Below are positions 29,332-38,334 of a stretch of 64,000 nt of DNA, piece after piece. The DNA is from Calditrichia bacterium (lineage in GTDB: Bacteria; Calditrichota; Calditrichia; JAJRVZ01). Each line of letters starts with the position of its first letter. The stretch's first letter is position 1. The translations under genes and the position numbers were made by a program. Under the pieces are notes generated by a model. The model did not search any database and was not told where the DNA came from. It was given only the letters and a program-made list of their open reading frames with translations. Where the stretch lies: NCBI GenBank assembly GCA_963796965.1, contig CAWCNS010000012.1, positions 61,279 to 125,278 on the forward strand, written 5' to 3'.

Positions 29332-30474
29332 ATGGAAGAAAAAATTAATTCAGAAGAAAAACCGGAATCACCAAAGGAAAACACAGAGGCTCCGGCAGCT
29401 GGAGATGGCGCAGAGAAAACACCTGCATCATCAGCAAAGCCTGCGGATGGTGAAGATAAACCAAAGCCCAAGCCGAAACCGGCGGCTAAGGATCCGCGAG
29501 ATAAATTATATAAGCTTGAAAGGCCATTAATTCTCTCCTCGTCGCCACACTTTCATTCGGGAGATAGTGTACCTAAAATAATGTGGACGGTGGTAGCAGC
29601 ATTGATTCCTGCCACTGTGATGGCGATTTATTATTTTGGTATTCCTGCTCTTATAATGATTGGAGCTTGTGTTGCCACTGCTTTAGTCACCGAAATCATC
29701 ATGAATAAAATGAAGGGTGAGTCGCTGACGCTCAATGATGGCAGTGCTGCTATAACAGGTTTGCTCCTGGCATTAACATTGCCTCCCTCCCTCCCTCTCA
29801 GTGCCGGAATAATCGGGTCAGTCTTTTCTATTGCTGTCGGAAAACAAATTTTTGGTGGTCTGGGTTATAATATTTTCAATCCGGCATTATTAGGGCGAGC
29901 CTTCCTGCAGGCAAGTTTTCCGGTGGCGATGACAACCTGGACTTTTCCTGGTACTGAAAAATATGCAAATATTGATGCCGTTACGGCTGCCACCCCGCTA
30001 GGACAGTTTAAGTTTGAAAAAGTTCTAACTGATTACGGTGATTTGTTAACAGGAAATGTCGGCGGTTCATTAGGTGAGACATCAGCATTGGCCGTTATAC
30101 TGGGTGGTGTGATTTTGCTAGTAATGAAGTATGCCGATTGGCGTATTCCACTCAGTTACCTTGGTTCGGTATTTCTAATAGGAGGTCTGTTTTGGTATAT
30201 TGCCCCCGATCAGTATCCGGATCCTATATTCCACATGTTGTCGGGTGGTTTAATGTTGGGTGCATTATTTATGGCAACAGATATGGTTACCTCACCAATT
30301 ACAGCAAGCGGAGCCTGGATATTTGGGGCCGGGGCGGGTATTGTTCTTGTGATTATTCGGTTATTTGGTGGTGTTCCGGAAGGTGTTATGTACTCGATCC
30401 TTTTCATGAACGGGTTTACCCCCTTAATTAACCGCTATACACGACCGAAATATTTCGGGGAGGTGAAGTCATGA
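29332..30474 (+). CDS. rnfD: Rnf complex subunit D, with an N-terminal low-complexity extension of about 60 aa
   Basis: SSSPHFHS, and the GGLMLGALFMATDMVTSP flavin-attachment motif. The N-terminus is rich in E/K/P/A (PKPKPKP). Confidence 0.9.
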   Translation: MEEKINSEEKPESPKENTEAPAAGDGAEKTPASSAKPADGEDKPKPKPKPAAKDPRDKLYKLERPLILSSSPHFHSGDSVPKIMWTVVAALIPATVMAIYYFGIPALIMIGACVATALVTEIIMNKMKGESLTLNDGSAAITGLLLALTLPPSLPLSAGIIGSVFSIAVGKQIFGGLGYNIFNPALLGRAFLQASFPVAMTTWTFPGTEKYANIDAVTAATPLGQFKFEKVLTDYGDLLTGNVGGSLGETSALAVILGGVILLVMKYADWRIPLSYLGSVFLIGGLFWYIAPDQYPDPIFHMLSGGLMLGALFMATDMVTSPITASGAWIFGAGAGIVLVIIRLFGGVPEGVMYSILFMNGFTPLINRYTRPKYFGEVKS

Positions 30475-31061
30475 GTACAACCACGAAAATGATCGTCGTG
30501 CTGACGGTGTTAACTATGATTGCCGGTGGGTTGTTGTCATCATGGGATGGTATCACGGCGCCCAGGATAGCAGCTTATAAACTCCAGGAACTTAAAAAGG
30601 CCATAAGTGAAGTAATGCCTGCCTATGAAAATTATGAGGAGATTCAAGGTGAAGGTATGGTACTATATGTTGGCAAAAAATCTGGTGAATCCAATCCCGT
30701 TGGCATTGCTTTTCGAGCAGTTGGGAGTGGATTCCAAGGTAAAATATCTATTATGGTTGGTATGACACCGGATTTTTCTCAGATCACCGGTATTAAAATT
30801 CTGGAGCAGATAGAAACACCCGGATTAGGTACAAAGATTATTATCGATCCAACCAATAAGCAGGATCCACACTGGTTCCCAAACCAGTTTAAAAGTCTGA
30901 AGGTGGATCCAAAAATTGAGGTTGTAAAGAACATGAAGCCTTCGAAACCGACCGAGATTCAGGCGATTACAGGTGCCACTATCTCTTCAAAAGCGGTGGC
31001 GAATATAATTAATAGTGAGATTAAAAAAGCAAAAGCGATTTATCAAACCAAAGTACGATAG
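30471..31061 (+). CDS. rnfG: Rnf complex subunit G
   Basis: N-terminal TM helix, ETPGLG, and the FMN-binding ITGATISS motif. The start overlaps the rnfD stop (ATGA). Confidence 0.9.
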   Translation: MSTTTKMIVVLTVLTMIAGGLLSSWDGITAPRIAAYKLQELKKAISEVMPAYENYEEIQGEGMVLYVGKKSGESNPVGIAFRAVGSGFQGKISIMVGMTPDFSQITGIKILEQIETPGLGTKIIIDPTNKQDPHWFPNQFKSLKVDPKIEVVKNMKPSKPTEIQAITGATISSKAVANIINSEIKKAKAIYQTKVR

Positions 31062-31069
31062 GTAATTAA

Positions 31070-31684
31070 ATGGCAAAAAAGCAAACAACTATCGGATATG
31101 AATTTGTCAAGGGTTTATGGGATGAAAATCCTGTATTAAAATCTTTGTTGGGGTTGTGTCCCGTCCTCGCCGTAACAAATTCAGCCATAAATGGATTGGC
31201 CATGGGTCTGGCGACGACTTTCGTTCTTCTCTCATCGAGTATTATTATTGCCTCTGTCCGGAATATTATTCCCAGCCAGGTTCGTATCCCCAGCTTTATC
31301 GTTATAATTGCAACATTTGTGACGGTTGCTGACCGGTTTTTGGCCGCCTACTTTCCATTGATCAGTAAAGATTTAGGTCCTTATGTACCACTCATTGTTG
31401 TTAATTGCGTTATTTTAGGACGTCAGGAAGCTTTCTCATCAAAGAATTCTGTATTCAGATCAATTCTGGATAGTTCTGGTATGGGCGTTGGCTTTATCCT
31501 TGTTTTGATTGCATTAGGAGGCTTTAGAGAGATTCTCGGATCTGCCAGTTTATTCGGTTTCACCGTCCTGGGTGATTGGTTTGATCCCTGGATGGTCATG
31601 ATTTTGCCCGGTGGTGCCTTTCTGGGACTCGGTTTTTTTATTGGTCTTACTAATTGGATAAATGACAGGAGGGCCAAGGCATGA
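31070..31684 (+). CDS. rnfE: Rnf complex subunit E
   Basis: Polytopic membrane protein with LGLCPVLAVT and IVVNCVILGR. Confidence 0.9.
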   Translation: MAKKQTTIGYEFVKGLWDENPVLKSLLGLCPVLAVTNSAINGLAMGLATTFVLLSSSIIIASVRNIIPSQVRIPSFIVIIATFVTVADRFLAAYFPLISKDLGPYVPLIVVNCVILGRQEAFSSKNSVFRSILDSSGMGVGFILVLIALGGFREILGSASLFGFTVLGDWFDPWMVMILPGGAFLGLGFFIGLTNWINDRRAKA

Positions 31685-32250
31685 AATTGATTCTTTTATT
31701 TATATCAGCAGCCGTTGTCAATAATTTTGTCCTTAGTTATTTCCTGGGAATTTGTCCATTTGTTGGGGTTTCAAAAAAAGTATCTTCGGCGGTAAGCATG
31801 GGAATGGCGGTTACCTTTGTAATGACGATTACTGCTGCTGTCACCTGGCTGATATATCATCTGATTTTGGTTCCGGCGGAACTGGAAATTCTGGAATACG
31901 TATCATTTATATTGGTTATCTCTTCTCTTGTACAATTGGTGGAGATGTTTGTTAAAAAGATCAGTAAACCTTTATATGATACATTGGGAATTTATTTACC
32001 TCTTATAACGACAAACTGTGCAATTTTAGGATTGGCCTTATTTTCTGTTTTACGTGAATATGACTTTATAGAAAGTCTGGTTTTCGGTATTGGAGCTGGA
32101 GCGGGATTTACGCTAGCTATCGTTATTATGGCGGGAATTCGTGAAGAACTTGAGTTAGCAAAAGTACCAAAACCATTTGAAGGCGCAGGAATCACAATGA
32201 TCGTTGCCGCTTCATTAGCACTCTGGCATTTATGGGTTTTGCAGGACTAA
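31681..32250 (+). CDS. rnfA: Rnf complex subunit A; the last ~10 codons appear frame-shifted, with the conserved end reading to 32261
   Basis: VNNFVLSYFLGICPFVGVS and ITTNCAILG. The conserved C-terminal LAFMGFAGLISV* is found in another frame. Confidence 0.9.
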   Translation: MKLILLFISAAVVNNFVLSYFLGICPFVGVSKKVSSAVSMGMAVTFVMTITAAVTWLIYHLILVPAELEILEYVSFILVISSLVQLVEMFVKKISKPLYDTLGIYLPLITTNCAILGLALFSVLREYDFIESLVFGIGAGAGFTLAIVIMAGIREELELAKVPKPFEGAGITMIVAASLALWHLWVLQD

Positions 32251-32272
32251 TTTCAGTTTGAGTTAAGAATTG

Positions 32273-32414
32273 TCTCACGCGGCGACGCAACGCCGCAGAG
32301 AAATATAAAATGACAGAATCAAATTATCTTTTAACTAAGTGTAAATAAAGTTTATTTTTGTCTTATTAATTTTTAGGAATAAAAAACGTTGCGACGCCGC
32401 GTCGCTGCGTGAGA
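32273..32414. repeat. MITE-like insert between rnfA and rnfB: GC-rich inverted repeats flanking an ~85-nt AT-rich core
   Basis: The left arm TCTCACGCGGCGACGCAACGCCGCAGAGA matches the reverse complement of the right arm TCTCACGCAGCGACGCGGCGTCGCAACG at about 22/28. Confidence 0.75.
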
Positions 32415-32441
32415 ATAAAAAAAAGCAAAATGAGGATATAA

Positions 32442-33275
32442 ATGGACTTAACTGCTTTAATAATAGCTGTTGTAAGCATGGGCGGATTAGGGATGCTTTT
32501 TTCAGCCGGTCTTTCTATCGCTGATAAAAAATTATATGTTGAAGAAGATCCGCGTATTGCCGAAGTAAATGAAGAATTGCCAGGTGTAAACTGTGGGGGG
32601 TGTGGACTGCCAGGCTGTGCTGCTTTTGCTGAAAGTATTGTTGCCGGAGAATCAGAGATTACCGGCTGTCCGGTCAATACAGAGGAAGGTGCAGAAGCGA
32701 TTGCTCATATAATGGGTGTCGAAGTGACAACTTCAGAGCGTCTTTTGGCCCGGGTTTTTTGTCAGGGTGGGGATTATGAAACGGCAAAAAAAGGTGTTTA
32801 CGATGGCATTGAAACCTGTATCGCCGCAACATTTGCTGGTGGAGGCGATAAACTTTGTTCCTATGGCTGTATTGGTTTTGCTGATTGTGTCCGTTCATGT
32901 CCCTTTGATGCAATGTTTATGAATGAGAATGGCCTGCCGGTTGTTATTGATGACAAGTGTACCGGTTGTGGGAATTGTGTTGAGGCCTGTCCGCGGAATT
33001 TAATGGAGCTCCATCCGGAAAGCCATAAACTATTTGTACTTTGTAAAAATGAGGATTCTCCAAAAGAATCACGAAAAATTTGTACCCGTGCTTGTGTGGG
33101 TTGTGGTATTTGTGTTCGCCTTGCCGGAGAAGGTAATATGGAAATGAAGGGCAATCTGGCTGTTGTCAATTACGATATTTATGGCACAGAACCGGTGCTA
33201 CCAACTGAAAAATGTCCCACTGATGGTTTGGTGGTAATCGGTGGACAAATAGTCGAAGAAAAACAGAGCGCCTGA
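32442..33275 (+). CDS. rnfB: Rnf complex subunit B (polyferredoxin)
   Basis: N-terminal TM helix, the CGGCGLPGC motif, and several CxxCxxCxxxCP clusters. Confidence 0.9.
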   Translation: MDLTALIIAVVSMGGLGMLFSAGLSIADKKLYVEEDPRIAEVNEELPGVNCGGCGLPGCAAFAESIVAGESEITGCPVNTEEGAEAIAHIMGVEVTTSERLLARVFCQGGDYETAKKGVYDGIETCIAATFAGGGDKLCSYGCIGFADCVRSCPFDAMFMNENGLPVVIDDKCTGCGNCVEACPRNLMELHPESHKLFVLCKNEDSPKESRKICTRACVGCGICVRLAGEGNMEMKGNLAVVNYDIYGTEPVLPTEKCPTDGLVVIGGQIVEEKQSA

Positions 33276-33276
33276 A

Positions 33277-33723
33277 ATGCAAATGAGTGATTCCGGTTCT
33301 GAAAGAGGAGTCGTTACGGCCATTCAGGATAATGATGCAATCATTGAATTCTCACTACAAGAGTCCTGTGAATCCTGTGGTGCGCGAATGATCTGCGTTC
33401 CGGATAACACAGGTAAACGGAGACTTCGGGCGGCTAATCCTTTAAATGCCGGAATTGGCAGCCAGGTCTCTATAACAGAAAAATCTAATTTTCTGCTTCT
33501 CGTATCATTCCTTCAATATGGTCTTCCGCTGATCCTGTTTTTTCTCTTTATATTAATCTTCTATATGAGCAAATTCTCCCTTGGCTCTGTACCAAAGGAA
33601 CTGATATGGTTTATAGGGGGACTTGGAGGACTTTTTATTGGTGCTTTGATCTCCCGACATTTTGTACAACGTCTTTCTGAGAAAGGCGGTAGTTTTTTTG
33701 AGATCTCAGAAATCCTCAGATAA
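33277..33723 (+). CDS. rseC: RseC/MucC-family protein (SoxR-reducing system component-like)
   Basis: N-terminal CESCGARMIC motif followed by two TM helices. It directly follows rnfB. Confidence 0.7.
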   Translation: MQMSDSGSERGVVTAIQDNDAIIEFSLQESCESCGARMICVPDNTGKRRLRAANPLNAGIGSQVSITEKSNFLLLVSFLQYGLPLILFFLFILIFYMSKFSLGSVPKELIWFIGGLGGLFIGALISRHFVQRLSEKGGSFFEISEILR

Positions 33724-33735
33724 TTAAATATGATT

Positions 33736-33767
33736 TGTAGGGGCAGACCCATGGGTTCGCCCCTACA
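33736..33767. repeat. GC-rich palindrome TGTAGGGGCAGACCC-AT-GGGTTCGCCCCTACA (family E)
   Basis: The outer stem TGTAGGGGC/GCCCCTACA is 9 bp. It starts 13 nt after the rseC stop. Related copies are at 40665-40768. Confidence 0.7.
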
Positions 33768-33915
33768 TTATCCTACAAAAATCCCATTTAAATTGCAGGA
33801 TAACCTACCATTTAATAAATTCTCCTAGTTCTAATCACTGGCTTCCTTAATCAGAGGATTCTATCCGATATAAAAGTCGGACGAAGGCCTGGATTATAAA
33901 TATTAATATTTAATT

Positions 33916-34914
33916 ATGAATCCAAAAAACACAGTTACTGCAATTGCGAATGCAAATATTGCCCTGATAAAATATTGGGGTAAACGCGATAGTGCTCTAA
34001 ATCTTCCTGCTGTCGGATCGATATCATTAACATTGGAATCATTAAAGACAAAAACACGGGTGTCTTATTGTTCAGAACTGGAAAATGACAAACTTTTCAT
34101 CAATGATGTTCCCGCGACTGGAAAAGATTTGGATAGAGTTCAGAAGTATATGGCTATAATTCGGCAGAATTATCATATTGATCAATTTGCCCAAATAGAT
34201 AGTCACAATAATTTTCCAACGGGTGCCGGGCTGGCATCATCAGCTTCAGCATTTGCCGCCCTAAGTCTGGCTGCCACTTCTGCGGCGGGTACTCATCTTT
34301 CCTCTAAAGATCTCTCTATTTTGTCTCGAAAAGGATCAGGTTCTGCAGCCCGTTCCGTTTATGGTGGTTTTGTAGAGATGAAACTAGGTACACGTTCGGA
34401 TGGTGATGATGATTATGCCATACAATTAGAGCCGTCTACTTACTGGGATTTGCGTCTGTTGATCCTTGTTACATCGAGACAAAAAAAGAGTATTGGATCA
34501 ACTGAGGCAATGCGTATATGTGCTGATACATCTCCCTATTATGGTAAATGGATAGAATCTTCCCATAATGATTTAAAATCAATGCGTGAAGCAATTAGAT
34601 CAAAGGACTTTGAGTTGCTAGGTGACCTTGCGGAACATAATGCCCTAAAGATGCACTCGGTTATTATGAGTTCCAGGCCACCCGTCATATATTGGAACCG
34701 AATGACGATCGAACTTATCCATTATATTCAAAAAATACGTAAGGAGGGAATCCCTGCTTATTTTACTATTGATGCGGGTCCTCAAATAAAAGTTATAACG
34801 CTTCCTTCCCATGTATCAAAGCTTATAAAGAGGTTTAGTAAGGTTTCAGGAATTGAAGAAATCATCGAAAGTAAACTTGGTAAAGATGTCCGATTGAGGG
34901 AGGAAAGTCGTTGA
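33916..34914 (+). CDS. mvaD: Diphosphomevalonate decarboxylase
   Basis: NIALIKYWGKRD, GLASSASAFAAL and the GHMP fold. Confidence 0.85.
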   Translation: MNPKNTVTAIANANIALIKYWGKRDSALNLPAVGSISLTLESLKTKTRVSYCSELENDKLFINDVPATGKDLDRVQKYMAIIRQNYHIDQFAQIDSHNNFPTGAGLASSASAFAALSLAATSAAGTHLSSKDLSILSRKGSGSAARSVYGGFVEMKLGTRSDGDDDYAIQLEPSTYWDLRLLILVTSRQKKSIGSTEAMRICADTSPYYGKWIESSHNDLKSMREAIRSKDFELLGDLAEHNALKMHSVIMSSRPPVIYWNRMTIELIHYIQKIRKEGIPAYFTIDAGPQIKVITLPSHVSKLIKRFSKVSGIEEIIESKLGKDVRLREESR

Positions 34915-35978
34915 GTATTCAGGTTAAAATACCCGGAAAATTAATCCTTCTTGGAGAATACGCTGTTCTTGAAGGTGCCCGAGCTCTTGTAATGGCAGTA
35001 GACCGATATGTAAAAGTCTCTGTTCAGGAAAGAGAAGCGGCTACTGATTACCAAATAAAGACCAATTTAAATCATACGCTATACCACTTTATGATTGATG
35101 AATCAGGAATGATTCAGCCTCATTCATCGGAGACAGATGTAACACGAAATGAGATGAATTTTGCCTGTCAGGCTATCCAGGCAATTTGCAGACAGATTCT
35201 TGGAAGGGGAGGTACCATATCTCCATTTTCGATTGAGATTGACACAAGACAATTCTACTTTAATGAGTCTCAAAAATTGGGACTTGGTTCAAGTGCATCC
35301 GTAATTGTTGCCATCATTCTGGCACTTGCAAAATTTTACCATGTTGATGAAGACTTATTTGTCAATGAAGGAGATCTGTTTGGATTTTGCCAGAAGATAC
35401 ATAAGATTGCCCAAGGCAATCGCGGAAGTGGAATAGATGTGGCTTCCAGTGTCTTTGGTGGGATTGTTGAATATTTGATGCCAAAGGCCAATCATGATAT
35501 GTCCGCAAAATTTAGAGTGTATACATCTATGCCATTGGGTTTATTCATGGTGCCAATCTGGACAGGCGTTTCATCATCCACCAGGAATTTACTAAAAAAA
35601 GTTGATGTATTTAGATCAGAGAACCCTGTTGAATTTGAATTAATTATGGAGAAGATGACAAATTTATCCAATAATGGATGTAGGGCCTTTAAAAATTCCG
35701 ATGTTAATACATTTCTTAATATTGTCTATGAATTTTATCATGTATTATTGAAATTTACTCAGCGTAGTGGTGTACCCGTCATATCAGAAATACATAAAAA
35801 TATTGCTGATATCGTTTATGATGCAGGTGGTATTTATAAACCATCCGGCGCAGGTGAAGGTGATCTGGGAATCGCATTCTGTGATTCTCTGGATAAACTT
35901 TATTTTATAAAAGACAGTTTATCAAAAAATCAAATTCATACACTGGACCTTGAAATATCAACTTCAGGGATTCTCTAA
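34911..35978 (+). CDS. Phosphomevalonate kinase (GHMP family)
   Basis: PGKLILLGEYAVLEG N-terminus and the GHMP motif KLGLGSSASVIVAI. TTG start overlaps the mvaD stop (TTGA). Confidence 0.7.
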   Translation: MSIQVKIPGKLILLGEYAVLEGARALVMAVDRYVKVSVQEREAATDYQIKTNLNHTLYHFMIDESGMIQPHSSETDVTRNEMNFACQAIQAICRQILGRGGTISPFSIEIDTRQFYFNESQKLGLGSSASVIVAIILALAKFYHVDEDLFVNEGDLFGFCQKIHKIAQGNRGSGIDVASSVFGGIVEYLMPKANHDMSAKFRVYTSMPLGLFMVPIWTGVSSSTRNLLKKVDVFRSENPVEFELIMEKMTNLSNNGCRAFKNSDVNTFLNIVYEFYHVLLKFTQRSGVPVISEIHKNIADIVYDAGGIYKPSGAGEGDLGIAFCDSLDKLYFIKDSLSKNQIHTLDLEISTSGIL

Positions 35979-36019
35979 TCAGGCAAAGATGCAAATTTTC
36001 TTTTAATGAAGGAAAAATT

Positions 36020-38278
36020 ATGGATCGGTCACGAATTCCGAAATTTTACCAGGCTTCAATACCTGAAAGACTCGATATTTTACGTGAAAAAGGTATACTT
36101 AATCGCGAAGAATATATTCAGTTATTAAGTGGGGAAAATATTCTGGCTCCTGAGGCTGCAGATAGATTGATCGAAAATGTTATTGGTGTTTTTGGCTTGC
36201 CCATGGCTTTGGGATTAAATTTTATAATTAATGAAAAACCGTATCTTATTCCCATGGTAGTTGAGGAACCGTCAATTGTTGCTGGTGTTAGCTCGGCTGC
36301 TAAGATAGTCCGTAATACAGGGGGATTTAGAAGTATAAGCGATGAGCCTGCTATTATTGGTCAAATTCAGATCGTAGATATTGAGCATCCCTCCAAAGCT
36401 CAACATGCCATTTTAGAGAATAAAACTGAAATACTAAATCTTGCCAATAGTCTTCATCCAAGGATGGTTGCCCGGGGTGGGGGAGCAAAAGACCTTGAGG
36501 TAATGATTCATACTGGTGCCTCACATCGGGGCGATATGGTTGTGGTACACTTGATTGTAGATACTCAGAATGCCATGGGTGCCAATCTTGTTAATAGTAT
36601 GTGCGAGGGGGTTGCGTCCCTTATCGAAAAAATAAGCAATGGAAAAGTCTTTCTAAGAATCCTTTCAAATTTGACAGATAGATCGATGGTAAATGCCAGC
36701 TGTACAATTCCAACCAAATATCTCGAAGGTAAAGGATATACAGGGGAAGAGGCAAGAGATGGGATTATACTTGCCAATGAATTTGCCCTCGTTGATCCTT
36801 ACCGGGCTACGACGCATAATAAAGGTATTATGAATGGAATTGATGCCGTTGCCATCGCCACTGGCAATGACTGGCGGGCGATAGAGGCCTCAATTCATGC
36901 TTATGCGGCAAGGGGTAAATCCTATACAAGCTTGACGCACTGGGGAAAAAATAAGGACGGAGATCTGGTCGGCAGGCTGGATATTCCTCTGAAAGTTGGG
37001 ACTGTGGGTGGACCATTGGAGTCAAATCCTTCAGTGGCCCTCGCCTATAAAATATTGAATGTTGAATCTGCTAAGGAATTAGCAGAAGTAATCGGAGCAG
37101 TTGGGTTAGCCCAGAATTTTGCTGCATTGCGTGCGCTCAGCACAGAAGGCATTCAACAGGGCCACATGACCCTGCATGCACGCAGTGTTACTATGGCTGC
37201 CGGGGCACCACCAGAAATTTTTGATGATGTGGTTGAACTCCTTGTTCAAAATGGTGATATCAAGATTTGGCGCGCTAAAGAAATTCTTGAAGAGATGTAT
37301 AAAAAGGCTGAGAATGCCGGTGTCGTTGAGGTAGGTAAAAAATTAGAAAAAGCATCAAGTGGTTGTGGAAAAGTCATTTTGTTGGGTGAGCATTCGGTTG
37401 TTTATGGAAGCCATGCCATAGCCGCTCCCATTTGCCTTGCCATGCAGGCAAAGGTCTGGGATAGTAAAGAAGGGACCCATCTGCTCATTCCAAGATGGGG
37501 GGTTGAAGAAAAAATTCAATCGGGTGTCGAGCATAAATATTCTGTCTACAAATCGCTTGATATGATATTTGAAAAACTGGGACTTCAGGACCGGAATGTT
37601 AAGATTGAAGTTATCCCCCATGTACCAAGGGCAATGGGACTAGGGGGATCAGCGGCGTTAGCCGTTGCCATTATTCGTGCCTTAGATGAACATTTTCAAC
37701 TCCACTTAAATGATGAGCAAGTTAATGTTTTGGCCTATGAATCTGAAATGCTCGCCCATGGAAATGCATCGGGGATCGATAATACATTGGCAACCTATGG
37801 CCGGTCAATAATGTTTAAAAGAGGAGATCCACCAGAACTGGAGGATCTCAAGATTAGCGAAGATATTCCCATTGTGATCGGTTTGACCGGTGTTGAGAGC
37901 CTGACTGCTAAAATGGTGTCAAATGTCAGAAAGGCCTGGGAAAATAACAAATCAATTTATGAACGTATATTTAAAGAAATTGATGATCTTGTTTTGCAGT
38001 CTGTTAAGGCGATTGAAAAAAACGATCTGCAACAGTTAGGCGAATTAATGAACATCAATCAGGGATTGTTAAATGCTTTACAGGTATCGTCGCGTGAACT
38101 GGAAGAACTTATTGAAATATCACGGCGTAATGGTGCCCTGGGTGCAAAATTGACCGGAGCCGGAGGGGGAGGAGCCATGGTGGCTATTTGTCCTGAAGAT
38201 GCGGAAAAAGTTGCTTATGCCATGAGGGCGGCTGGATATAAAGCATTTGTTACAAAGATTGGGAAATCTGGGATGTGA
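36020..38278 (+). CDS. Fusion protein: class II HMG-CoA reductase (N-terminal, about 425 aa) + mevalonate kinase (C-terminal, about 310 aa)
   Basis: HMGR motifs: EEPSIVAGVS, NAMGANLVN, TVGGPL, GIQQGHMTLHAR. MVK motifs: GKVILLGEHSVVYG, GLGGSAALAVAI, KLTGAGGGGAMVA. Single uninterrupted ORF. Confidence 0.85.
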   Translation: MDRSRIPKFYQASIPERLDILREKGILNREEYIQLLSGENILAPEAADRLIENVIGVFGLPMALGLNFIINEKPYLIPMVVEEPSIVAGVSSAAKIVRNTGGFRSISDEPAIIGQIQIVDIEHPSKAQHAILENKTEILNLANSLHPRMVARGGGAKDLEVMIHTGASHRGDMVVVHLIVDTQNAMGANLVNSMCEGVASLIEKISNGKVFLRILSNLTDRSMVNASCTIPTKYLEGKGYTGEEARDGIILANEFALVDPYRATTHNKGIMNGIDAVAIATGNDWRAIEASIHAYAARGKSYTSLTHWGKNKDGDLVGRLDIPLKVGTVGGPLESNPSVALAYKILNVESAKELAEVIGAVGLAQNFAALRALSTEGIQQGHMTLHARSVTMAAGAPPEIFDDVVELLVQNGDIKIWRAKEILEEMYKKAENAGVVEVGKKLEKASSGCGKVILLGEHSVVYGSHAIAAPICLAMQAKVWDSKEGTHLLIPRWGVEEKIQSGVEHKYSVYKSLDMIFEKLGLQDRNVKIEVIPHVPRAMGLGGSAALAVAIIRALDEHFQLHLNDEQVNVLAYESEMLAHGNASGIDNTLATYGRSIMFKRGDPPELEDLKISEDIPIVIGLTGVESLTAKMVSNVRKAWENNKSIYERIFKEIDDLVLQSVKAIEKNDLQQLGELMNINQGLLNALQVSSRELEELIEISRRNGALGAKLTGAGGGGAMVAICPEDAEKVAYAMRAAGYKAFVTKIGKSGM

Positions 38279-38334
38279 TAAATTGAATAGCAGGGCAGAG
38301 ACTTTTGTATTATAAATAGTGAAAGCAGGTTGGT

